This document shows, piece after piece, positions 26,091-34,146 of a stretch of DNA of 44,254 nucleotides. Origin of the DNA: Pirellulales bacterium (lineage in GTDB: Bacteria > Planctomycetota > Planctomycetia > Pirellulales > UBA1268); NCBI GenBank assembly GCA_040397565.1, contig JBBAVU010000004.1:1-44254 (forward strand), given 5' to 3'. The notes under the pieces are model-generated. The model was not told where the DNA came from. It searched no databases and worked only from the letters and a program-made list of their open reading frames with translations. Made by a program: the position numbers and the translations under genes. Positions within the stretch are counted from its first letter, which is position 1. Each line of letters begins with the position of its first letter.

Positions 26091-26912
26091 ATGGCACGTC
26101 CCCCATCGCCCCTTGGCCGCCCCAGGAACCCCGCCGTGTCGCTGCGCTATCTGCTCCGGATCGACTGGGACGTCGTCGCCGGGATCATCGCGGCAGTCGT
26201 GGCCATGCTCCTGAGCTTCATGGGGCTCGTCTCCGAGACCGTCGGACGGGGCATCATTCTCCTCCTGTGTGCCCTGCTATTGATCCGCGACCTCCGGGGC
26301 GAGGCTCGCGAGCACCGGATGTTCGACAAGCTCGACATCATCAAGCGACACGTCACCAACCTGTCGGCCGGGACGCAGGCCGACATCCATCTCGTCGGCC
26401 CGAAGCGGATGCGGCAGGAATTCAACGACTTCGCGACGACGGTGTATGGGGATGTCAGGTGGTTCAATGCCTGCTGCCGCATGTTCCGCCGCCAGGAGGT
26501 CTTCGACGTCACCCTTCGGCCGTTTCTCGAGAATCCCAACGTCACCGCGGTCCACCTGCTGTGCCGGCCCGAAGAGCGTCAATACTGGGCGACCGATCTG
26601 CTTCCGAAGCTGCGGAAGTGCGATCACGGGGCCAAGGTGCGGCCGCCGCTGTGGGGCGGCATCCGCACGAACGTCTCGTTCGTGCTGGGGGACGTGGACG
26701 GGGATGGCAAGGACGAGGCGGTGGTCACCATCATCGACGAGCCATTTGCCGCATCCAACCAGGGGCCGGCCGTGCCGCGGTTCCTGTTGCGGGTCTTCAG
26801 CCATTGCGACCTCATCGCCCCGCTCGAGGACATGGCCCGCCACGCGATGAGCGAATTCATGTCCACCGACGACGAGGCTGCAGCCGACGCCGGGCTCACG
26901 ACGCGGCCTTGA
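26091..26912 (+). CDS. Hypothetical membrane protein (two predicted TM helices plus ~200-aa soluble domain), no family recognised
   Basis: TM segments VVAGIIAAVVAMLLSFMGLV and GIILLLCALLLI. The codon usage looks coding, and the stretch is visibly less GC-extreme than its neighbours. ATG at 26091; the ORF-track start at 26040 is a GTG. I could name no motif. Confidence 0.45.
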   Translation: MARPPSPLGRPRNPAVSLRYLLRIDWDVVAGIIAAVVAMLLSFMGLVSETVGRGIILLLCALLLIRDLRGEAREHRMFDKLDIIKRHVTNLSAGTQADIHLVGPKRMRQEFNDFATTVYGDVRWFNACCRMFRRQEVFDVTLRPFLENPNVTAVHLLCRPEERQYWATDLLPKLRKCDHGAKVRPPLWGGIRTNVSFVLGDVDGDGKDEAVVTIIDEPFAASNQGPAVPRFLLRVFSHCDLIAPLEDMARHAMSEFMSTDDEAAADAGLTTRP

Positions 26913-28836
26913 CGACGGCCCCTTCCTCGGACACCGCCACCTGGTTCCTGCCGCGTTCCTTGGCCTGATACATCGCGTCGTCGGCACGTGCCAGCACGGC
27001 GTCGATCCCCTCGTCGGGACCGGCGAGCGTCACCCCGATGCTGATCGTCGACTCGATCATGCCATCGCCGGCCGCAATCGGCTCGGCAGCAAGCCGGCGC
27101 AGGTTCTCGGCGAAGGCGACTGCCTCCGCGACGCCGTCGATCCCGCGGAGGACCACGATGAGCTCGTCGCCGGAAATCCTGCCCGCAATGTCGTCGGCCG
27201 AACGCAGGCAGCCGCGAATCCTCTCGCCAAGGGCCTCCAGCACGTCGTCGCCCGTGGCGTGGCCGTGCACGTCGTTGATGGACTTGAAGCCGTCGATGTC
27301 GCACCACAGCAGGCCCACCACCGGCTCGCGACGTGCCAGGACCGCAGCGAGCCGCTCCAGCAGCTCCCCTCGGTTGAGCAGCCCGGTCTGCAAGTCGATG
27401 CGGGCGCGCCGCTCGAGGTCCCGCTCCATCCGCACCTGCGCGTCGATGATGTGCAGGGACGCCACCATGCCGCTCACGCTCCCCTCACTGGTCCGGTAGG
27501 GAAACGCATGGATCTCCATCCAGTGCGTTTCGCCGTCGGCGGCGCGGACCTGAACGCGGGACGTGACGCCCTGGCCCGCAAGCACCCTTGCCTTGTCGCG
27601 GTCGTACTCTTCCCGCGTCTCGTCGGTCGCGAGAAACTCCTTGCCGTCGCGGCCTATCCCATCCGCCTGCTTCCATCCGAGGACGGGCGTCACCGAGGGG
27701 GATATCCACAGGATCGTGTCGTTCGTGTCGAGCCGCAGGATGACGTCGGTCGAGTTCTCCGCGAGGAGGCGAAACTGCTCCTCCGAAGCGGCGAGCTTCT
27801 CGAGCGCCTCGTGCCGCTCGGAGACGTCCCGCCAGACGAGACTGATCCAACCGTCGCCGCAGATGCCGCGCACGTCCAACCGGCGGAGGCCGACGCCGCG
27901 AAGCATGAACGGGAAATCGTCCAGCACCAGTGGGCGGCCCGTGTCACTCAATTCGGCGAGCTTTCGCAGCAGGCCCGACGATTCGATTCCCAGAAGCGAC
28001 TCGCCGAGTCTCGTACCCACGAGATGGTCGCGGTCTGCCCGAAGCCATGAGCACGCGGCGGGGTTCACGTCGAGGCAGGTGAAGTCCACGACGTTGCGGG
28101 CGTCGTCGTGCACCGGCTCGACGATCGCGAGGGGGTCGAGCATCCCTTCGAGCGTCGCCCGGAGCCGTGAGCGTTCGGCGGCGACGATATCCTGAGCCTG
28201 CACCTCGCGGTGGATGTCACGCCACCCGCACACGCGGCTGATCACCGCCTGTCGGTCGTCGAAGACGGGCCGCATGGAGATGGAAAACCACCGGTAGCCG
28301 TCGTCGGCGATCCGCAGCCGCAGCCGCGCCTCGGCGGCCTCGCCCCGCGCCACCTGGTCTTCCAACGCCTGCGCGCGATCCCGCTCGTCGGGGTGGACGA
28401 ACTGCGCGAAGCGTTCACCGATCACGTCCTTGGGCTCTCGGCCGATCCCCTGCCTGACCGACGGGGTGATCCAGCGGATGATGCCGGCCTTGTCGGTCTC
28501 CATCACCACGTCGGTGGTGCTCTCCGTGAAGAGCTGGAACCGTCTGACCAGCTCGAGCTCCTCGGCTTGCCCCCTGGTGACCACCTCGAGAGCGCGGATC
28601 TCGTCGGCCAGCTGACGCCTCGATCCGCTCCGCGCCCGAATCAGGGACCGCCACAGCCACACCACGCACGCGAAAAACACGACGTCCGGGATGAGCGTCG
28701 CCGCCAGCCAGCTCCAGACCGGCACCCCGTCGAGAGACACGTCGAGAGCTTCTTTCCATGGCATGCGGAACCCTACGCCGTCCGAGGACGCCGGGGAAAT
28801 GTCGTCGCTCGGAGTGAGCCCGCCGTCGGCGATCAT
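26896..28836 (-). CDS. Membrane-anchored multi-PAS GGDEF-domain protein (diguanylate cyclase family, non-canonical SGDEL site)
   Basis: N-terminal TM WSWLAATLIPDVVFFACVVWLW, repeated PAS-like blocks, and a GGDEF domain (DLQTGLLNRGEL.., DIDGFKSINDVHGHATGD, AMYQAKERGRN). The signature reads S-G-D-E-L (27160-27174, verified at nucleotide level). Candidate starts are TTG 28890, ATG 28836 and ATG 28764. Confidence 0.75.
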   Translation of the reverse strand: MIADGGLTPSDDISPASSDGVGFRMPWKEALDVSLDGVPVWSWLAATLIPDVVFFACVVWLWRSLIRARSGSRRQLADEIRALEVVTRGQAEELELVRRFQLFTESTTDVVMETDKAGIIRWITPSVRQGIGREPKDVIGERFAQFVHPDERDRAQALEDQVARGEAAEARLRLRIADDGYRWFSISMRPVFDDRQAVISRVCGWRDIHREVQAQDIVAAERSRLRATLEGMLDPLAIVEPVHDDARNVVDFTCLDVNPAACSWLRADRDHLVGTRLGESLLGIESSGLLRKLAELSDTGRPLVLDDFPFMLRGVGLRRLDVRGICGDGWISLVWRDVSERHEALEKLAASEEQFRLLAENSTDVILRLDTNDTILWISPSVTPVLGWKQADGIGRDGKEFLATDETREEYDRDKARVLAGQGVTSRVQVRAADGETHWMEIHAFPYRTSEGSVSGMVASLHIIDAQVRMERDLERRARIDLQTGLLNRGELLERLAAVLARREPVVGLLWCDIDGFKSINDVHGHATGDDVLEALGERIRGCLRSADDIAGRISGDELIVVLRGIDGVAEAVAFAENLRRLAAEPIAAGDGMIESTISIGVTLAGPDEGIDAVLARADDAMYQAKERGRNQVAVSEEGAVVKAAS

Positions 28837-28995
28837 TTTCGCGGGGTGTCTCGTCGGCCGGCCGGTGGCACCGAACCCGGCGCAGTGCAACCGGCGTCGC
28901 CCGAGGCCGCTCGCGGGGGCCCTTCTTTCCCCGGCATGCGGGCGGAGCCGTAGAGTTCCGCCCGCAGCACTCTCCCTGCAAACGCCAGGTGCCCC

Positions 28996-30960
28996 GTGGA
29001 ACTCGCGCTACCGCACGTCGTCGTTCGAGTCTGTGGCACGGGCGTCGGCCCCGACCTCGTCGCGGCGCTGAGCGTGCACCCCGTCGAGGTGTCGGAAGCC
29101 CGTGACGTCTCGGAATTGCACCGGGTTTCCGACAGACGACCGGCCCTGCTCGTCGTCGTGGTCGATCCGCCCGACGCGCATTCGGTCGCCGTCGAAACCT
29201 GGGCCGATTTTCCTGGCACGCCCATCCTCATCGTCTCGGACGCGGCCCAGCCATTCGTGCCGAGCGACACGTCCCGCAGCGGATGGGTCGACACGGTCCC
29301 GAGCGGCCAGCCCGTCCAGGATATCTGCTGGCTCGTGCTCGAGGCGGCGAGCCGCGCCGCCCACGTACCCGGAATCGCGGAGCATCCACTCGGGCCGCAT
29401 CGGATCGACGTCGACGACAAGGGGATCGTCCTCGCCGTGTCCCCGACCCCCGACATGGCGATCAACAGCTTCTTCCGCCTGCGTCCCGGCGACTCACTGC
29501 ACTCGATCGTCGAACCGCTCGAGCGGAACGTGATCGACACCGCGCTCCGGCGGTCGCAGACCGACGGGGCACAGTTTTGCACCGTGCGGTTCTGTGACGA
29601 CCATGGACACCACCACATCGTCGCCTTGGGCTTGCGCACGATCGCCGACGCTCGCGTGGCGGTTCTTGCCCAGCCGCTGATATCCGGCGGCGCGATCGTC
29701 GGCCGTCACGTCAACAATCGTGATCCGATCACCGGGCTCCTCACCCGCTGGGCGATTTCGCGGGCGCTCGAGGCCCGTGAGCAGCGGGGGCCAATGGTCG
29801 GCAAGGCCGCGGTGATCCTCGTCTCGCTGGACGACTTCTCGGCGATCAGCAGCTACATCGGGCACCGCCAGACGGATCGCGTGCTCCAGGAAGTGGCGTC
29901 GGCGCTTCACCAGGTCTTTCCCTATCCGTCGCTCACGAGCCGACTGATGGGGGACACCTTCCTTGCATACGTTTCCGGGGCCGAGCACGACGAGCCCCTC
30001 CACCTCGCGGAACGGCTGCTCCAGACGCTCGGCGGCATCGATGTGCCGGGGTTTGCGCCGCGGTTTCAGCTCCGAGCGTCGGTCGGCGTGGCCAGCGTGA
30101 CCGAAGGGGACCACGACCTCGCCCTTCGTCTCGCGGAGGCCGCCGCCGCGGAGGCTCGCGCGGCCGGAGGGAATCGGGTGATCGTCGCCGGGTCGGCACA
30201 GTTCACCCGCGTCCAGGACCGGGATCTGACGGCGAGCATGGATCTTGGCTCGTGGGAAGTATGGCTGCAGCCGGTCGTGAGACATGGCAGCGATCGGGCC
30301 GAGTACCACGAGGCGCTCGCGCGATTCGACGGGGGCCAGCGGCACCTCGCGTCGCGGGCGGATTTCTTCACCGCGGGTCACGCACAGGGGCTGCTCGAAC
30401 GGTTCGACCGGATGATGCTGCAGCGGGCCCTCGCCCTGCTGGAGTCGCATCCGGACGCAAAGCTGGCTGTCAACGTCACGTACGAAACGTTCGTTTCATC
30501 GCGGTTTCCGGCGTCGTTCCTCGACCTCATCCGGCGGGTGCCGGATGGGTGCTGCAGAATCATCCTGGAGATCGCGCCCAGGTGCGTGTCGGTGCCGGAG
30601 GGGATCGTCCGGCCCCGGCTGGAGGCCCTCGCGTCGGCAGGGGTCGCGATTGCACTCGACGACTTCGGCAGCGGCATCTGCCGCCTCCGATACCTGACGC
30701 AGTGGCCGCTCGCCATCGTGAAGCTCGACCAGCTCGTGACCGGGTACGTCGACGACGACCCGCTGCAGCGGCAATTCGTCCGCACCGTGGTGAGCCTCTG
30801 CCGTGCCCGCGGGATCACGACCGTCGCCGAATACACCCGGAGCGAGGAACAGCTGGCACGGCTCGTCGCCGACGGCATCGATCTCTTCCAGGGCGAGCTC
30901 TTCGGCATGCCACGGCCGGCCGCCGAGCTGCTCAGATTGCCCGCGGGCGTTGGGGCCTGA
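28996..30960 (+). CDS. Receiver-like domain - PAS-like - degenerate GGDEF - EAL phosphodiesterase protein
   Basis: GTG start. aa 1-115 look like a receiver (LLVVVVD57, PILIVSD) but lack the N-terminal acidic pair. The GGDEF position reads MGDTF (29947-29961). The EAL domain has EAL at 30310-30318, plus ILEI, DDFGSG, VKLD, AEYTRSEEQ and QGELFGMP. Confidence 0.75.
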   Translation: MELALPHVVVRVCGTGVGPDLVAALSVHPVEVSEARDVSELHRVSDRRPALLVVVVDPPDAHSVAVETWADFPGTPILIVSDAAQPFVPSDTSRSGWVDTVPSGQPVQDICWLVLEAASRAAHVPGIAEHPLGPHRIDVDDKGIVLAVSPTPDMAINSFFRLRPGDSLHSIVEPLERNVIDTALRRSQTDGAQFCTVRFCDDHGHHHIVALGLRTIADARVAVLAQPLISGGAIVGRHVNNRDPITGLLTRWAISRALEAREQRGPMVGKAAVILVSLDDFSAISSYIGHRQTDRVLQEVASALHQVFPYPSLTSRLMGDTFLAYVSGAEHDEPLHLAERLLQTLGGIDVPGFAPRFQLRASVGVASVTEGDHDLALRLAEAAAAEARAAGGNRVIVAGSAQFTRVQDRDLTASMDLGSWEVWLQPVVRHGSDRAEYHEALARFDGGQRHLASRADFFTAGHAQGLLERFDRMMLQRALALLESHPDAKLAVNVTYETFVSSRFPASFLDLIRRVPDGCCRIILEIAPRCVSVPEGIVRPRLEALASAGVAIALDDFGSGICRLRYLTQWPLAIVKLDQLVTGYVDDDPLQRQFVRTVVSLCRARGITTVAEYTRSEEQLARLVADGIDLFQGELFGMPRPAAELLRLPAGVGA

Positions 30961-30972
30961 GACGACTGCCTG

Positions 30973-33900
30973 TCACTTCGGTGTCTTGAGCGACTCGAGC
31001 CACGCCACGAGGTCGACGAGCTCCTCGGCCGAAAGCGTCGCGGCCAGATCGGCCGGCATGAGCGACACCGACTGCCTCACGAGATCTTCGACCTCGCTCA
31101 CCGCGAGCGTCGTGTCGACGCCGTCGGCGCCGCGCATCACCATCTGCTCGGGAGTTCTCGAGATGACCAGGCCCGAGATGCTCCTGCCGTCGTCGAGCAA
31201 CGCCGTCCACGACTCGTAGTTGTGGCTGATCGCGGCCGACGGGGCGAGGATCGCCTCGTAGAGCGCCTCGCGTGAGAGCTTTGCGCCGACGCCAGACAGG
31301 TTCGGCCCGACCTCCTTCCCTTCGCCATTGACGACGTGGCACTTCGCGCAGGTGCCCGCCCCGGCGAACACCACCTTTCCGAGGTCGGCCCTGCCGTTCC
31401 GGCGCACGAGCTCCGCGACGGGTGGCAGCTTTTCCCCCTTCTTCGACCTTGGCATCGGGAGCACGTCGGCGGCAGCCTTCCGCACGCCATCCCAGGGGCA
31501 TGCCGATACGGCGTGGCCGGCGGCCTGAGCGAGCGGGCCGGAGAGTTGGCCGGCCTTCGCGAGCTCCACGAGTTGCTTGGCGCCGCGTTCGGTGCGGGCC
31601 TTCGCCCGGACGGCCGCCCGCTGAAGGTCCAGCGGAGCAACCTCATCGCGAATGACGCCGTCGATGATCTCCATCGCGCGGCCGTCGCCGAGGATGCCGA
31701 GCACCGTCACCGTCCTCGCCGCCTTCTCGCCCCCCGCCACGACCGTCGCCCGCACGGTGTCGACGCCGCCGAGGTCGAGCACGGCCCGCACGGCTTTCCC
31801 GCCGAGGTCGTCGCCCGTGAGTGGCTCCGCAGCCATCGCGACGAGATCGGTGACGCGGTTCTTCAGCCCGAACTTCCGAACGAGCTCCACGAACGCCGCC
31901 GACTGGCCGAGCGTCGCCGCAACCTCGTCGATGCGTTGGGCGACGTCCGGATCGGCCGCCGCGGCGGCGTCGAGCCGCATGACGAGTTCCGGGAGCACGA
32001 CCTTCATCTGCTCCTCGGTGCCCGTGAACCGCTTCACGATCTGGGGCATTGCCTCGCGAACCCTGGCCTGATCCTGGAAATCGAGAGCCCGGAGAAACGC
32101 GAGCGACTCGGATGTCGGTGTGGCGGGATCGGCGATGATGCCGAGAAGCAGGCCGGGCGATGCGGACGCCCGGCTCCGCCAGATGATCTCCCGGTCGGCC
32201 GCGGTCAAAGGCTGGCCGCCGCGGTTCGCCAGCCACGCCGTGAGTCGGCCATCCCACTGGCTGGACGAACCGGTTCCGTCGGCCCCGATGCCAAGCGCCT
32301 CGAGTTCCCAGCGATCGCCGGCCGAGTGCCGCGCGGCGAGCTTCGCCCAGGCGTGGTCCGCGCGATCGCCCGCCTCGCCGCGGAGTGCGATCGCCGCCTC
32401 GCGGCGGACGAACGGCGAGGGGTCGGCGGTGAGTTTCTCGACGAGCGATAGGACGTCGGCCTTCCGGCCGCGCGCCAGCCGGATCGCCACGCTCCGCAGC
32501 TGCTCATCCGCGTCGCCTGCGAGCTTCGCGATCCACGTGTCGGCCGAGCCGGCCAGCATCCCGGCCGCCCAGGCCAGCCGCGCTTTCAGCCGCGAGTCGG
32601 CCGCAGCGGCGAACGCCGCGGCAAGCGGTCCGGCCGCCTGTTCGGGCTCGCGGGCAATCCGCTCGAGGGCCATCGCCCGCGTGCAGGGATTCGGGCTCGC
32701 GATCGCAGCCACCGCACCCTCGACCGTGGAAAAGTCCGCCGGCGGCACGCTCCACTTCGAACCCGCGGGGGCTATCCGGTAGAGGCGGCCCTTCTCCGTG
32801 TCAGCCATGCCGTGGCCCCCCACGCCGGGGTCGTACCAGTCGGCGACGATGAGCGAGCCGTCGGGCGCCACGCAGACGTCGGACGGGCGAAACCATCGGT
32901 CGGCCGAGCCGTCGGCGACCGGTTCGATCCTCGCTTCAAACCCGGCGGCCTTGGGACTGACGACGTAGGCCCGCACGACGTTCGGACCGGCATCGCAGTG
33001 GATCACGGCCCCGCGGTACCGCTCGGGCAGGAGGCTTCCCTCGTAGACGCAGATGCCCGTCGGCGAGCCCCCGCCGGTCTGCAGCAGGTTCGGAACGACG
33101 CCGGGATCGTTCTGGTGCCAGTGCTGCAGCGGCGTCTCTTTTTCCATGTTCGTCCTCGCCGCCCGCCAGCCCGCGCCGGTCTTCTCGTCGACATAGCCGT
33201 AGTTGCCGAACTCCATCACCTGGTTGATGCGGACGCCCCGGTTGCCGTCGTCGTCGTTGTCGCTCTGCCAGAGCGTCCCGAACGAATCGACGGCGACTTC
33301 ATAGTTGTTGCGAAAGTTCCAGCCGAGTGTCTCGAAGTCACTGCCGTCCGCCCGACAGCGAAACACCATGCCCTGCCGGTAGGGCCTGCCCGAGTCGTTC
33401 ACCGTGTTGCCGAACCGGTCGACCATGGGCTTTCCGGCGGCGTCGTGCACTGCGTGCCCCGTGTTGCCGAAATTGAAGTACCAGCGGCCATCGGGCCCCA
33501 CCACGAAGGCGTGGAGCGAGTGGTCGTGCTGCGGTTCGCCGGTCTTCGTGAAGAGCGGCTCCCGGCGGTCGGCCACGAGGTCGCCGTCGTCGTCGTGGAA
33601 GATGAACGCGTTCGGCGAGCAGGAGACGATCACCTTCCGCCCCGCCCCGTCGCCGATCACGCAGATGCCGAGGGCCGAGTCGACGTCACGGCCCTGGTGA
33701 AACACCGTGCGCTTGTCGGCCTTGCCGTCGCCGTCGGTGTCCTCGAGCACGAGGATGCGGTCCCCCTCCTTCCGCGTCTCCCGCTTGCCGCGGTAGTTGA
33801 CGACCTCGCACACCCAGACCCGCCCCTTCGCGTCGACGTCGATGTTGGAGGGGCTCGAGAGCATCGGCTCGGAGGCGAAGAGCGTCGCCTCCAGTCCCTC

Positions 33901-34038
33901 GCCGAGCTTCAGCGATCCCGGGCCCGCCGCCGGTTCGACGGGCCCCGCGGCCCACACCGCCGCCGTCATGATCAGGGTCGCGATGACGGCGATCGCCGAC
34001 TGTCGGCAGACCGTCACGATCGGGCACAGACGCTTCAT
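30973..34038 (-). CDS. PVC-type membrane-bound dehydrogenase-domain / HEAT-repeat / c-type cytochrome (CxxCH) protein
   Basis: 1021 aa. It has a signal/anchor (CRQSAIAVIATLIMTAAVWA) and an N-terminal beta-propeller like soluble glucose/sorbosone dehydrogenases (LFASEPMLSSPSNIDVD, DGKADK), then a HEAT-like middle. The C-terminal heme motif CAKCH is at 31336-31350 (verified). A strong GGAAGGAGG RBS precedes the ATG at 34038. Confidence 0.75.
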   Translation of the reverse strand: MKRLCPIVTVCRQSAIAVIATLIMTAAVWAAGPVEPAAGPGSLKLGEGLEATLFASEPMLSSPSNIDVDAKGRVWVCEVVNYRGKRETRKEGDRILVLEDTDGDGKADKRTVFHQGRDVDSALGICVIGDGAGRKVIVSCSPNAFIFHDDDGDLVADRREPLFTKTGEPQHDHSLHAFVVGPDGRWYFNFGNTGHAVHDAAGKPMVDRFGNTVNDSGRPYRQGMVFRCRADGSDFETLGWNFRNNYEVAVDSFGTLWQSDNDDDGNRGVRINQVMEFGNYGYVDEKTGAGWRAARTNMEKETPLQHWHQNDPGVVPNLLQTGGGSPTGICVYEGSLLPERYRGAVIHCDAGPNVVRAYVVSPKAAGFEARIEPVADGSADRWFRPSDVCVAPDGSLIVADWYDPGVGGHGMADTEKGRLYRIAPAGSKWSVPPADFSTVEGAVAAIASPNPCTRAMALERIAREPEQAAGPLAAAFAAAADSRLKARLAWAAGMLAGSADTWIAKLAGDADEQLRSVAIRLARGRKADVLSLVEKLTADPSPFVRREAAIALRGEAGDRADHAWAKLAARHSAGDRWELEALGIGADGTGSSSQWDGRLTAWLANRGGQPLTAADREIIWRSRASASPGLLLGIIADPATPTSESLAFLRALDFQDQARVREAMPQIVKRFTGTEEQMKVVLPELVMRLDAAAAADPDVAQRIDEVAATLGQSAAFVELVRKFGLKNRVTDLVAMAAEPLTGDDLGGKAVRAVLDLGGVDTVRATVVAGGEKAARTVTVLGILGDGRAMEIIDGVIRDEVAPLDLQRAAVRAKARTERGAKQLVELAKAGQLSGPLAQAAGHAVSACPWDGVRKAAADVLPMPRSKKGEKLPPVAELVRRNGRADLGKVVFAGAGTCAKCHVVNGEGKEVGPNLSGVGAKLSREALYEAILAPSAAISHNYESWTALLDDGRSISGLVISRTPEQMVMRGADGVDTTLAVSEVEDLVRQSVSLMPADLAATLSAEELVDLVAWLESLKTPK

Positions 34039-34146
34039 GGCGAGCCTCCTTCCAGAACAACTCGTTAGTTATAGTCGCGAAGGTTCCGGGGTGAACTTCA
34101 ATCCGCGGGCACTCCCGTCCGAGCCCCGGTTAGAATTCGCCCCAGT

